DNA of 64,000 nucleotides from Chitinophaga pinensis (GCA_943373175.1 CALSBM010000004.1:276-64275), one strand, 5' to 3'; shown: positions 18,218 through 28,872, numbered from the stretch's first letter. Notes: generated from the letters alone by a model not told the origin. Numbers and translations: made by a program.

Positions 18218-19544
18218 CAGGATAAAGAGACGATAGCAGTGCTTCATAGAGCATCTCTGCCTGTAAAGCGTAGCCACTTGTTGTAAGATGGACTCTGTCG
18301 GATTGCATTAGCCCCCGTTTTACCCAAGAAACTCTTGAACCGGGGCCTCCCATTACTCTACGAAAATCCCAGTACGCAAAGCCGATAACTTCTGCTTTTT
18401 GCTTCAATACCTCAATGGCGGCTTTCTGTGCTGGTAAATCAGCCGGAATTCCTGATTGGCGACGTGTCTTTTTCCGAGGGCCAGGGCCAAAATCAGGCGG
18501 AAATGTAAAAAGCAAGGCGGCTCTGGGATGCACCTCCCTGATTTTACAACACAAACTGTCTATTTCCTGAGAAAAACGTGCTGCATCGAAATCTGGTTGA
18601 TAGCTGTCGTTAGTGCCCAGGGAGATAATTACAAGGTCTGGTTGCAAAGCCTTGGTATGTATTAACCATTTTTCTGCAATATTGACATGATCAACTCTGG
18701 CTCCATTAACTCCTGTTGCATGGTATCGGATTCCCTTGTCATGACTATTCAACAAATTCAAACCAAACAAACTAAGCTTACACGATTCATTCTTCGATTC
18801 CAATTTCAGTTTCCTTACCGGATAATTCCATTGAAAAGTTTTAGTATCGTATTCACTTCCATACAGCAATTTGGCTTCGAGACCATTTTCGTCTGTTAGT
18901 TTTATTCCGCACCCATTAGAAAACACCTGAACTTGAGTGAAGCTATCTTCTAAAGCTCGAGTTTCGCACCAGAGGGAGAAATTAGTACCCGAAGATTCTA
19001 AGGTAATTCCACTGATGCCAATCGGTTGAGGTTTTTCAGGATGTACCATTCTTTTTGCTAACCAGTTCTGGTCGGAACCGGAACGTAAATCATACGGTTC
19101 GTTAGTTCCGGCAACTCGATAAGGAAAAATAAGTCCTCGACCAGCATGACCAAATTGCTGTTGCAACTTTCGCCTCAAAGTTCCGGTAAACAAATCAGCC
19201 TGTATATGGCTATCTCCTAAATGAAGGATGTTGATGATTTCCTTTTTTCCTGATTCTAAGGAATCCAGTTTTATTAGAAAATTGACAAGGTAGCGGTCGT
19301 TTTCAATGGCATTGTATCCTTTAAACTTCTGTTCTGTACCCTTCCAATGCCGAGACGGGTCGTTTCTTAACCGAAAAGGCACTCTCCTGACTCGCTTACC
19401 CCTTTTACCTTTCAGCTTTTTTCTCCCAGATTTACGAGCAACACTATGGCTTTTCCCTTTTTTCTTCCTCGCAGCATACGCTGAATGGTTAGTGCTAGAA
19501 AGAAAAAATCCGATTATAATCAGTAGAACTATGCGAAATCTCAT
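18204..19544 (-). CDS. SGNH/GDSL hydrolase-family protein (AlgJ/AlgX/PatB-like), with polybasic N-terminal segment
   Basis: Block I LHLGDSH, block III LGTNDS, block V DRVHLT. Signal peptide followed by the K/R-rich stretch AARKKKGKSHSVARKSGRKKLKGKRGKRVRR. Confidence 0.7.
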   Translation of the reverse strand: MRFRIVLLIIIGFFLSSTNHSAYAARKKKGKSHSVARKSGRKKLKGKRGKRVRRVPFRLRNDPSRHWKGTEQKFKGYNAIENDRYLVNFLIKLDSLESGKKEIINILHLGDSHIQADLFTGTLRRKLQQQFGHAGRGLIFPYRVAGTNEPYDLRSGSDQNWLAKRMVHPEKPQPIGISGITLESSGTNFSLWCETRALEDSFTQVQVFSNGCGIKLTDENGLEAKLLYGSEYDTKTFQWNYPVRKLKLESKNESCKLSLFGLNLLNSHDKGIRYHATGVNGARVDHVNIAEKWLIHTKALQPDLVIISLGTNDSYQPDFDAARFSQEIDSLCCKIREVHPRAALLFTFPPDFGPGPRKKTRRQSGIPADLPAQKAAIEVLKQKAEVIGFAYWDFRRVMGGPGSRVSWVKRGLMQSDRVHLTTSGYALQAEMLYEALLSSLYPDARD

Positions 19545-20953
19545 GGAATTTGAACTGCAGGTTTAAGTGCTGTCTGAAGTGCTGTTTCGAGCATTGAAGC
19601 AACTTTTTTTGCCCCTGCCGGGCTTAAGTGGGTGTAATCCTTGGCAAGAAGTGGAGGCGTTTGGGCAATCCAGTCTAAGGCAGCATTTTCTCCACCCATC
19701 GCATGAAACAAGCTCCAAAAGCATACTTTTTCTTCCATGGCGATTTTTCTTTGAATACCAACAATGTGAGGAATGCTTGGATCGGTGCGGTACTCACCAT
19801 CAATTTTTGCACTTTTATCTCCAACTCCTATTATCAAAATAGTAGTTGAAGGAAACAGTTTTTTTAAATGTCGGATTGCTCTGCGCAACCCTACTTCGTA
19901 CCAATGTAAGGAAGTAAGTTCAGGATTAGCCACATTCAATCCGTACTGTAAAACAAGGCATTGATAGGGAAGGTAGCGGGCGAACTGCTTAGTTAAGCCA
20001 ACATTCAATTGTGCTAATGGTAAACCACTGTTCCCTCTTAGGCTTAAATTGTCGAGAATCACCCCTTCTTCACTTTCAAAACTCAATCCGTAAACTTCAT
20101 CCTTAGTATTGATTGGCCATTGGAGATTAATGACTCTGCCGTTGCCTAAACCGAACCGTTGCAAATTAGCCGTACTATCTACTTCAATCTCCCGATTACT
20201 AACAGTTAATGTATGTGCAGTTTGTCTGTTTCGCAGAAACAAGCTTACATTAACCGGAGTCCCTTTTTGTTGGTATCGTACCCAAGAAGGTTTTTCACTG
20301 GAAGGGATGCCTAATGTTCCTCCCCAGCCCATAGAGAACGCTGGTTTTTTTGGAGACATCCAGGTATAGGAGCTCCAGTTTTCAGAAAACTTATGGCTAA
20401 TGGTTATTCTATATCCTGCAACCGGGCTTGTAATGGGTACCCAGCCAATACCACCACCGCCATACGTTCGTTGAAAATAACGACGTAAATCTTGTGTGAC
20501 CAAATCACCCTCGATAGCACTATCTCCCCAATAACCGATTCTTAGCTTTTTACTTCCAACGCGCTGTTTTACTGAGTCTAACGCATTAGCTAAAAAACGA
20601 AAATTGGGAAGTGAATCTCCAAAATCCTCAATAGGAACAGGCCCTTTGGGATACTCGTGTAACACTATGTTGGGTAGTCCCAAAAGAGCCAAAGTATCCG
20701 ATTCCTCTTCATTCAAAATAGAATCCGACACTTTTACTTCAAGAGTTGAATTAACTTGTTTAAGCTTTTTTCGATTATTCGATTTTTTTGTAGGGGTATG
20801 GAAAACATCTGAGAACAGACTGTAAGACTTTATTTTGACACCCAAAGCAGCACTTTCAGACAAAAAGGATCCAGCCCAAGCAACAGCTACTGCAAGACAA
20901 AGCGTCGCCCACAGCGGCCAAAAGGTTACTGTCTTACTTTTTTTCTCGCCCAT
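19541..20953 (-). CDS. SGNH/GDSL hydrolase-family protein
   Basis: GYWGDSAIEGD (block I), IIGVGDKS, DYTHLSPAG (DxxH). Signal peptide/TM at the N-terminus. 4-bp overlap with the downstream SGNH gene. Confidence 0.65.
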   Translation of the reverse strand: MGEKKSKTVTFWPLWATLCLAVAVAWAGSFLSESAALGVKIKSYSLFSDVFHTPTKKSNNRKKLKQVNSTLEVKVSDSILNEEESDTLALLGLPNIVLHEYPKGPVPIEDFGDSLPNFRFLANALDSVKQRVGSKKLRIGYWGDSAIEGDLVTQDLRRYFQRTYGGGGIGWVPITSPVAGYRITISHKFSENWSSYTWMSPKKPAFSMGWGGTLGIPSSEKPSWVRYQQKGTPVNVSLFLRNRQTAHTLTVSNREIEVDSTANLQRFGLGNGRVINLQWPINTKDEVYGLSFESEEGVILDNLSLRGNSGLPLAQLNVGLTKQFARYLPYQCLVLQYGLNVANPELTSLHWYEVGLRRAIRHLKKLFPSTTILIIGVGDKSAKIDGEYRTDPSIPHIVGIQRKIAMEEKVCFWSLFHAMGGENAALDWIAQTPPLLAKDYTHLSPAGAKKVASMLETALQTALKPAVQIP

Positions 20954-20958
20954 AATGC

Positions 20959-21723
20959 TTACCGAACTTCCAGTGCTATACGTTCACTGATTATTGGCAA
21001 AGTATGATTTAAGATTTCCCCTAAATCATTAGAATTGGAAGGGTACAACATTCTTACAACATCACCTCCCATAGATTTACCTTCATCATTAACCACGGTA
21101 AAATGAACAGCCAATTCTCTTTGATAGATGCCAGCAGCTTTATCGAGGCATAAATCTGCCCTAGTTTTCAGCTCAAACATGGAAAGAAAAACAATTCTGT
21201 CGCATTGAAATGTTTCTTTCAGGTAAGGCATAAGGTTAGGATTGGTAATGTAAGCCTCGTAATACCGGGTAGTTTTATCATTCGGTAACACTTTATCGTC
21301 TTTCACTAATCCTTCCTGTTTCGGTTCTTTTTTTCGAAAAAGATTTTTAACACTTAACCTAGAGTGTTGATCGGCATCCTGATTAAGCTTTCCTGAGCCA
21401 GAATACACAAATCGAAATCCTAATGAATTGTATATCCTTCTCAAATCCTCGTTAGTTTCCGCAGTTTGGTTACCGAAATAAAGGCAACTGTCGAAATTGC
21501 TAAGCTTTTTTGCAACACTCATGGCTAATTGCTCTCTTATCATAGCCCTCAATCGGGAAGAAGTTAATTCGCTTCCCTGAGCAATATCCTGATCTGCATC
21601 TGAAAAATGCTCATTTGGTTTATACGGAACTACCAACGCATAGCGCTTCTGAGCACTTACTTGAGTTGTTGAGATTAATACTAAAACTAGTAGCCAACTC
21701 TGAAAAAACTTATTTAAGTACAT
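20959..21723 (-). CDS. hypothetical secreted protein
   Basis: 254 aa with a signal peptide (LLVLVLISTTQVSAQ). No motif recognised. Confidence 0.4.
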   Translation of the reverse strand: MYLNKFFQSWLLVLVLISTTQVSAQKRYALVVPYKPNEHFSDADQDIAQGSELTSSRLRAMIREQLAMSVAKKLSNFDSCLYFGNQTAETNEDLRRIYNSLGFRFVYSGSGKLNQDADQHSRLSVKNLFRKKEPKQEGLVKDDKVLPNDKTTRYYEAYITNPNLMPYLKETFQCDRIVFLSMFELKTRADLCLDKAAGIYQRELAVHFTVVNDEGKSMGGDVVRMLYPSNSNDLGEILNHTLPIISERIALEVR

Positions 21724-23038
21724 GCTGCCAGATGTCGTTGCCGAAGATAAACACCATCAGAGCTATCAAGATCGCCATTCCGGCATACTGAGCAATTAAC
21801 ATGAACTTATCCCCTACTGGTTTGCCTCGAATAATTTCGATTAGCAGAAACAACACATGCCCTCCATCAAGTGCAGGAATAGGTAAAATGTTCATAAACG
21901 CTAACACAATGGAAAGCAATGCTGTAGTCATCCAGAAGCGATACCAATCCCAGACTCCGCCATACATTTTCTTTGCAATCGCTATCGGGCCACCAAAGCT
22001 TTTAGAAGCTGGAATTTCTCCCGAAAATACCCTTCCAAACCCTTTCACATTATCTGTGATGGTTTTCGATGCTAACCGATAACCGGCTGGTAGGGCTTCT
22101 GAAATTCCATATTTTTTTGTTTCGGTTGGAAGTGATTCAATCTTTGGATAAAAGCCAATTGTACCATCCTTGTTGACAAGTACTTCCAATTGAACGTTCT
22201 TGCCTTCACGAATAAGTTGAAGATTAACTTTATTGCCTGCATTTGCTTTTAATCCGGATTGAAGTTGATCAAAAAACGTGATGGATTGTCCTGCTAACTG
22301 GATAATACTATCGCCGTCCATTAAACCGGCATTGGCGGCAGGGCTTCCTTTCATTACTTGCTCTACCGAAAACCGTACGCGAGGCATTACAAACAAGCTC
22401 TTATCTGATTCTAAAAGCTTGGCTGTAAAGTCGCGAGGAACAACAACATCCACCAGTTCGGAGCCTCTCTTAACTGTAATGGTTGTATTCTGCCCAAGTA
22501 ACACATTGCTTCCAACAATTTCATCGAACCGCTTTACTGGTTCTCCGTTGATTGAAACAAGTACATCGCCGGATTTTAAGCCTATTTCCTTGGCAAGTTC
22601 TGAAGCATAAATACCATGAGTAAGCTTATCGTTGGGAATATACTTTTCACCATAAAAAATTAGCAAGCAAGTGAAAATGATAATGCCAAGCAAAGCATTG
22701 ATAAACACCCCTCCAATCATCACAATCAACCGCTGCCAAGCTGGTTTAGAGCGGAACTCATCTTCCCCAGCAGGTAGTTTAAGTTGTTCTGTGTCTAAAG
22801 ACTCATCAACCATCCCGGCAATTTTGACATAACCACCTAAGGGGAGCCAACCTATTCCATACTCTGTTCCTTTGTAATGAAAGGAAAACAACTTCTTACC
22901 CCAAGCATCAAAGAAGAGATAAAACTTCTCTACTTTAATACCGAAGGCTCTTGCAGCCCAAAAATGACCGAATTCGTGTAGGGTGACCAATATCGAAAGG
23001 CCCAGTATTAACTGGGCAACCATAATTACTATTTCCAT
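21710..23038 (-). CDS. rseP: RIP metalloprotease RseP (site-2 protease)
   Basis: HEFGHF zinc motif in TM1, PDZ region, C-terminal LDGGH. 442 aa. Confidence 0.85.
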   Translation of the reverse strand: MEIVIMVAQLILGLSILVTLHEFGHFWAARAFGIKVEKFYLFFDAWGKKLFSFHYKGTEYGIGWLPLGGYVKIAGMVDESLDTEQLKLPAGEDEFRSKPAWQRLIVMIGGVFINALLGIIIFTCLLIFYGEKYIPNDKLTHGIYASELAKEIGLKSGDVLVSINGEPVKRFDEIVGSNVLLGQNTTITVKRGSELVDVVVPRDFTAKLLESDKSLFVMPRVRFSVEQVMKGSPAANAGLMDGDSIIQLAGQSITFFDQLQSGLKANAGNKVNLQLIREGKNVQLEVLVNKDGTIGFYPKIESLPTETKKYGISEALPAGYRLASKTITDNVKGFGRVFSGEIPASKSFGGPIAIAKKMYGGVWDWYRFWMTTALLSIVLAFMNILPIPALDGGHVLFLLIEIIRGKPVGDKFMLIAQYAGMAILIALMVFIFGNDIWQHVLK

Positions 23039-23048
23039 GTAAGGAGCA

Positions 23049-24215
23049 TCAAACGATTAAAGTGCGGGCGAAATTACGGGTTTGTGCATCCGCTTCGATA
23101 AAATCTTCCAAATACTGAGGAGTTGAGTACGGAATTCGCTGAAGACATTCTTCAACTATACGCTCAATTCCGAGAAATCTGATTCTTTTTTCCAAAAAGG
23201 CTTCAACGGCAATTTCATTCGCAGCATTCAATATACACGGGGCATTGCCTCCTTGTTTCATGGCTTGAATAGCCAGTCTTAAACAGCCAAACGTTTCGAT
23301 ATCAGGTTGTTGGAATGTAAGCTGAGGGAAGGATGAAAAATCGAAGCGTGGAAAATTGGTTTCTAAGCGATTGGGGTATGCTAGTGCGTAGAGAATGGGC
23401 AATTTCATATCAGGAAGTCCCATTTGTGCTTTAATTGAACCATCGGTGAACTGCACAAAGGAGTGTAAAATAGACTGTGGATGAACCACCACTTCTACCT
23501 GCTCAGGCTTTAGATTGAAGAGCCACTTAGCTTCTATCACTTCTAGCCCTTTATTCATCAGCGTTGCCGAGTCAATGGTAATCTTAGCTCCCATAGACCA
23601 ATTCGGATGCTTCAAAGCTTGCTCTAAACTTACTGCTGCAATTTCGTCCCTAGTTTTTCCTCTGAAAGGACCACCAGAAGCTGTCAAAATGATTTTTTCA
23701 ATAGGATTCTGCCATTCACCCGCCAAGCATTGAAAAATGGCTGAATGTTCTGAATCAACCGGATAGATATTGACCCCAAAGTCACGCGCCATTTGGGTTA
23801 CTAATGAACCTGCTACAACAAGGGTTTCTTTATTGGCAAGTGCAATAATTTTCCCAGATTCGATAGCTTTTATAGTTGGTCGTAATCCGGCTGCTCCTAC
23901 TAAAGCAGTAAGTACAACATCGGTTTCAGTGCTTTGCACTACCTGAAGTACTGCTTCAGCCCCGGCATAAACCTTCAAAGGCAAATCATCAAGTGCATTT
24001 TTTAACTCTTGGTAATGCGCTTCGTTAGCAATTACTACTTTGTCTGGTTGAAAACGCCGGGCTTGTTCAGCAAGTAACCGCCATGAATTGTTAGCCACTA
24101 TTGTATCCAAACTAAGGTGTTCGGGATGCGCTTCAATGACTTCTAAGGCTTGTGTGCCTATCGATCCGGTTGATCCCAGAATGCAAATGCGCCTTACTGA
24201 AGGAGTATTACTCAT
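23049..24215 (-). CDS. dxr: 1-deoxy-D-xylulose-5-phosphate reductoisomerase
   Basis: ICILGSTGSIGTQALEVI NADPH-binding N-terminus and conserved Dxr blocks. 388 aa. Confidence 0.9.
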   Translation of the reverse strand: MSNTPSVRRICILGSTGSIGTQALEVIEAHPEHLSLDTIVANNSWRLLAEQARRFQPDKVVIANEAHYQELKNALDDLPLKVYAGAEAVLQVVQSTETDVVLTALVGAAGLRPTIKAIESGKIIALANKETLVVAGSLVTQMARDFGVNIYPVDSEHSAIFQCLAGEWQNPIEKIILTASGGPFRGKTRDEIAAVSLEQALKHPNWSMGAKITIDSATLMNKGLEVIEAKWLFNLKPEQVEVVVHPQSILHSFVQFTDGSIKAQMGLPDMKLPILYALAYPNRLETNFPRFDFSSFPQLTFQQPDIETFGCLRLAIQAMKQGGNAPCILNAANEIAVEAFLEKRIRFLGIERIVEECLQRIPYSTPQYLEDFIEADAQTRNFARTLIV

Positions 24216-24241
24216 TAGAAATAAAGGATAAAATTTCCCCT

Positions 24242-25729
24242 TCAGGAAAGGGTTATACGGTTGGCAATCTCGCGATCATTAGCAAGGCGAGGTAGTTTGT
24301 TTTGACCACCTAATCTTCCTACCGACTTCATGTACTGGGCAAAAGTACCGGGTTTTATCCACCTGATTACTAATGGCCTAAGAATACTACCCGTGATTAG
24401 GTCATCGTAATAAATATTCTTTTTTCTCATCAAATCATCCATAAACAAGGCAATGGCTTCCTCTTCGGCAGGACAATCAGCTATCTCAACAAACCACTCA
24501 TGATAAGGCAATCCGTTAGTAGGAGTCACTTGAGGAGCAACATGAAATTCTAGAACTTCCAGCCCAAAATGAGCGCTAGCTTGCTTCATCACTTCATCCA
24601 CTTCTTCACCAATTACATGTTCACCAAAAGCAGAGATAAAATGCTTAATTCTTCCGCTTACTCTGATTTTATAAGGATTTTTTGAAACGAATCTTACCGT
24701 ATCGCCTATGCTGTAAGCCCATAAGCCTGCATTAGAACTTATGACCAAGGCATAGTTTCGATTCAACTCCACCTCGCCAATATGCATTCGAGGCGGATTT
24801 TCATCAAAGTAATGCTCAGCAGGGATGAATTCGTAAAATATTCCGGTATTCAATAACAAGAGTAAACCAGAGTCCGATTGTTCATTCTGGTAAGCAAAAA
24901 AACCTTCAGAAGCAGGAAAAAGCTCAATACTGTCCACTTTACGTCCAATACTTTGTTCTAATTTTTGCCGGTAAGGTTCGTAGTTAACCCCACCATAGAT
25001 AAATAAAGAGAAGTTAGGGAACAATTCTCCTGCAAGTTTCTCGGATCGTGCTTTTAACCGATCGAAGTACATTTGAACCCAAGGTGGTATGCCGGAAATC
25101 AGCCGCAAATCTGCTGAAAGAGTTTCATCAACCACACGTTCAACCTTTTCTTCCCAATCTTCAATGCAATTGGTTTGATAAGAAGGAAGTTGGTTGGTTC
25201 GCAAATAAGCAGGGACATGATGATTTGAAATACCCGACAATCGTCCTGTAAGAATGCCATTCTTCATATCTAAAACCGGACTTCCAGAAAGGAAAATCAG
25301 CTTTCCATCAAGAAAATCTGCTTTCCCGGTATCGTGAACATAAGCCAGAATAGCATTCCGTGCTGAATTAATGTGATTGGGAATAGACTCACGAGTTATG
25401 GGGATGTACTTCACACCCGAAGTAGTCCCGGAAGTTTTAGCAAGATATTGCGGCTTTCCCGGCCACATTACATCAGCCTCACCAGATGCGTTCCGCTCAA
25501 ACCAGGCTCTCCTACCTTCATAATCCTTAACCGGAACTCTAACTTTAAAGTCCTCATACGATTTGATAGAAGCAAAATCATGCTCTTTACCAAAAGCAGT
25601 ATTCTCTGCCCGACGGATGAGGTCATTAAAAACAGAAAGCTGTGATTCCACAGGACGTGAAGACCACAGCTTAGTCTGTTTATCTATACGGGCTGCCCAA
25701 ATCCGGGCAGCCCATGATTTTAAACTCAT
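24242..25729 (-). CDS. GH3 (auxin-responsive promoter) family adenylating enzyme homologue
   Basis: 495 aa. YLAKTSGTTSGVKYIPIT P-loop-like motif and overall layout match bacterial GH3 proteins. Confidence 0.6.
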   Translation of the reverse strand: MSLKSWAARIWAARIDKQTKLWSSRPVESQLSVFNDLIRRAENTAFGKEHDFASIKSYEDFKVRVPVKDYEGRRAWFERNASGEADVMWPGKPQYLAKTSGTTSGVKYIPITRESIPNHINSARNAILAYVHDTGKADFLDGKLIFLSGSPVLDMKNGILTGRLSGISNHHVPAYLRTNQLPSYQTNCIEDWEEKVERVVDETLSADLRLISGIPPWVQMYFDRLKARSEKLAGELFPNFSLFIYGGVNYEPYRQKLEQSIGRKVDSIELFPASEGFFAYQNEQSDSGLLLLLNTGIFYEFIPAEHYFDENPPRMHIGEVELNRNYALVISSNAGLWAYSIGDTVRFVSKNPYKIRVSGRIKHFISAFGEHVIGEEVDEVMKQASAHFGLEVLEFHVAPQVTPTNGLPYHEWFVEIADCPAEEEAIALFMDDLMRKKNIYYDDLITGSILRPLVIRWIKPGTFAQYMKSVGRLGGQNKLPRLANDREIANRITLS

Positions 25730-25765
25730 GCTACAAAAATCTGCCTATTTCGCTACAAAGCAAAC

Positions 25766-27946
25766 TCAGTTTTCTATGACTTTGAATTCTGTTCTTCTGT
25801 TTCGTTGGTGCTGTTCCTCAGAACAAGGAACTCCATCTGGACAAGGTTCGATTAACTGAGATTCACCATAAAACTTGTAGGTAAGCCTAAATCGGTCGAT
25901 ACCACGTGAAACCAAGTATTCAATGGCTGCCATAGCGCGTTGTTCCGATAGTTTTTCATTGTATGGGCCTGTTGCTCTTGAGTCGGTATGTGATCCCATT
26001 TCAACTCGTATATTAGGATTATCACTCATTACTTTAATGAGCTTATCTAACTTGGCTGATGCATCAGATCTGATTTCCCATTTATCTAAATCATAGAAAA
26101 TTGGTTCGATGTTGATACGTCGATCAAACCTGAGTTTTTCCAAATCAATAACGATAACGCTATCCAATCTGAAACCCGCGGCACCAAAATCTACCACATG
26201 CGTATTGGTGAGGTAGCCTTCTTTAGACGCAGTAAAGACAACTTTATCAATATTATCTGCCGATACTTCGAAGCGACCCTGCGCATCAGTAACGAAATTA
26301 TCCGATTGCTGTGTACGCGTATCTTGTGTTAGAACTGAGGCCGCATCCAAATTGAATTTCGTTTCTGCATCCCTAACTAACCCTTTGAGAATAACTGAAC
26401 GCCCTTTCACCATTTCTGTCATGATGTTATATCGAGCATTTAGATTAATTGGAGTTTCATTATTCTTCATTCTACAGCCATAAACAGAACGTCGGGTAGA
26501 AAAACCGGCAGCATTGATGACTAAGTCATAATTAGAAAGTGGATTGAGTTTTACCTCATACTCTCCAGATTCATTGGTAATCAAGTTAAAAACTTCCCCT
26601 CCGTTATTGTCTAATTTCACCTTTGCATTAGCCAAAGGTTCAAAGGTTACGCTATCAATGACAAGTCCGCGAATGTTACAATTCAACTCTCTGAATTGAT
26701 AAATATCATCGCCACCCATTCCACCGGGGCGGTTGCTGCTTACATATCCACTGTCAGATCCTGGATACACCCAAATGCCGAAATCATCGTAGGTGCTATT
26801 TAAAGGAGAACCCAGATTAACAGGAGATTGAAAAAGACTTCCTCTCATTTTGGAAGTAAAAACATCCAAGGCTCCAATGCCAATGTGGCCATCAGAAGAA
26901 AAGTATAGAACACTATCGCCCTGCATAAAAGGAAAAACCTCGTTTCCTTCTGTATTGATGCCAGTGCCTAAATTCACAGGGTCAGTCCAACTAGAGCCTA
27001 TCTTTTGAGAAATATATAAATCAAGTCCGCCTTGTCCTCCCGGCATATCAGAAGCAAAAATTAGTTTACTTCCATCATAGCTTAAAGCAGGGTGCATGCA
27101 GTTGAAATTCTTCTTACTGAAAAATAAAATTTCCCCATCCGACCAATTACCCTTTTTGTCTCGCTTGTGTTCATACAATGCTTTGTAATCAACCTGAATA
27201 TCTTTATTCCAGCTAAGTGGTGATGATTCCGATTGGTTATGTCCCATAACAAGCATAGACTCATCTGCGCTAAAGCTTACAGTTCCATTATTTCCTGCCC
27301 AGTCTAAGGATTTGCGATAAACATGAACAGAACTATTGGATGCACTATCAAGAGGTGTTACGAAAACCCAGCTTGTTCCTTGATTGTCCCAAGCATACAT
27401 CGGTCTGGATAACCCAGCTTTTTTTCTGCTTGAAACAAATAACAAACCTTCACGACTCATTACTGGGGCATAGTCATTCTCAGGAGAGTTAATCGAAAGC
27501 GGAACTAATTCAAACCGCGTTGGATTAGCAATGGCTTTTGGTGCAAAATCCGTAGATCTAAGCTTATTTCTAGCAAGTCGGCTGTCAGGTTTATACCTAA
27601 GGTACTGCTTAAACAATCGTTTAGCTTCCTCATATTTCTGAGCGCGAAACAAGGCAATACCATATCCAAACTCGATTTCCGGATCTTTAGCCCTCGTGAG
27701 ATAAAGCTTGCTGAAGAGCTCTAAGGACTTTTCATGGTCATGAGTCTTTAAGGTTATAAAGGCTCCTCTCTTTAGGGCCTCGAGGTTATTAGTTTTATCA
27801 TAACTTTTAGCATAAGCATCGGAAGCAGCTTTTAGCTTAAGTTCCTGCTCCAGCCTTTTTCCTTTATTGTAAAACCGGTCGTAAGCATTGGAACAACCCG
27901 AAACAATCAGGATGAGTAGTGCAAAGGAAAGTACAGATATCTTCAT
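25766..27946 (-). CDS. PorE-like OmpA-family protein (TPR + TolB-like beta-propeller + carboxypeptidase-regulatory-like domain + OmpA_C)
   Basis: C-terminal OmpA peptidoglycan-binding domain (FDLDKWEIRSDA...NRRTEF). N-terminal TPRs with a lipoprotein Cys (LILIVSGCS). Central PD40-like repeats. Lies directly downstream of a PorP/SprF gene. Confidence 0.7.
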   Translation of the reverse strand: MKISVLSFALLILIVSGCSNAYDRFYNKGKRLEQELKLKAASDAYAKSYDKTNNLEALKRGAFITLKTHDHEKSLELFSKLYLTRAKDPEIEFGYGIALFRAQKYEEAKRLFKQYLRYKPDSRLARNKLRSTDFAPKAIANPTRFELVPLSINSPENDYAPVMSREGLLFVSSRKKAGLSRPMYAWDNQGTSWVFVTPLDSASNSSVHVYRKSLDWAGNNGTVSFSADESMLVMGHNQSESSPLSWNKDIQVDYKALYEHKRDKKGNWSDGEILFFSKKNFNCMHPALSYDGSKLIFASDMPGGQGGLDLYISQKIGSSWTDPVNLGTGINTEGNEVFPFMQGDSVLYFSSDGHIGIGALDVFTSKMRGSLFQSPVNLGSPLNSTYDDFGIWVYPGSDSGYVSSNRPGGMGGDDIYQFRELNCNIRGLVIDSVTFEPLANAKVKLDNNGGEVFNLITNESGEYEVKLNPLSNYDLVINAAGFSTRRSVYGCRMKNNETPINLNARYNIMTEMVKGRSVILKGLVRDAETKFNLDAASVLTQDTRTQQSDNFVTDAQGRFEVSADNIDKVVFTASKEGYLTNTHVVDFGAAGFRLDSVIVIDLEKLRFDRRINIEPIFYDLDKWEIRSDASAKLDKLIKVMSDNPNIRVEMGSHTDSRATGPYNEKLSEQRAMAAIEYLVSRGIDRFRLTYKFYGESQLIEPCPDGVPCSEEQHQRNRRTEFKVIEN

Positions 27947-27951
27947 CTGAA

Positions 27952-28872
27952 TTAAAAATAGCGTGGACTCATGTATCGAGTTTGACCAAGGTTAAAATTA
28001 TAGCCAATAAAAACCTCATGGCTACCATCTTGGTAGTTTCTGAGTGCATTAGTGGAATAGTCATAACTGTAGCCTAACCATAATTGCCGAGTAAGTGCAA
28101 ATTGGGCCATCAAGGCGATAGCAGAATTACTTCTCCAAGATGCTCCAGCCCAAAGGCGTTCTCCGAAAATAGCAGTTAAGTTTAAATCTATCTGAGGGGG
28201 AGCATTTTGAACATATCTTCCGAAAAATCCTGGTTTTAGTGCCAAATCTTTCGACAATTTAATGTGGTATGCAGCAGTAATTAGAAAATGCTGCTCCAAG
28301 ATTGCAGAAGAAGGTTTGGAAGGATCTTCTGCTATTTTGGTTGAAATTAGGTTTGGAATTGAAAAACCTAATGCAATCTTTTTATTTCGAAAATAAACAC
28401 CAGTTCCAAAGTTTGGCCTCGTGGTTTGAATCACATTAGACTGATAAAATGCAGGATCAGGTACTGGATTATTGGTATTTATCCTACTGAAGTCGTTTAC
28501 GTAGAAGTTAACATTCCCCTGTAATCCAAAAGCAAGAATCGAAGAATTATCGAATCTAATTTTATAGGCATACGAAAGGTTGACACTGGATCTGTTCTCA
28601 ACTCCAATCCTGTCGTTCATTAAATTAATACCGAAACCATTGACTCCCTTGAAGGGCATGTGTGCGGACGCATTCAACGTTACTGGAGCACCTTCGATTC
28701 CAACCCACTGATTACGATAAAAAAGTACCGTACTAAGCTCTTCCTTAGCACCTGCGTAAGCCGGGTTAAGGGTAAGCATGTTAAACAAATACTGACTGTA
28801 AAGCTGGTCTTGTTGTGCATAAAGCCATGACGGGAAGAGCAAAACAATCAGTATAAAAAGTTTCTTTTTCAT
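27952..28872 (-). CDS. type IX secretion system membrane protein, PorP/SprF family
   Basis: QQDQLYSQYLFNMLTLNPAYAG N-terminal signature. 306 aa. Ends in an aromatic residue. Confidence 0.85.
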   Translation of the reverse strand: MKKKLFILIVLLFPSWLYAQQDQLYSQYLFNMLTLNPAYAGAKEELSTVLFYRNQWVGIEGAPVTLNASAHMPFKGVNGFGINLMNDRIGVENRSSVNLSYAYKIRFDNSSILAFGLQGNVNFYVNDFSRINTNNPVPDPAFYQSNVIQTTRPNFGTGVYFRNKKIALGFSIPNLISTKIAEDPSKPSSAILEQHFLITAAYHIKLSKDLALKPGFFGRYVQNAPPQIDLNLTAIFGERLWAGASWRSNSAIALMAQFALTRQLWLGYSYDYSTNALRNYQDGSHEVFIGYNFNLGQTRYMSPRYF

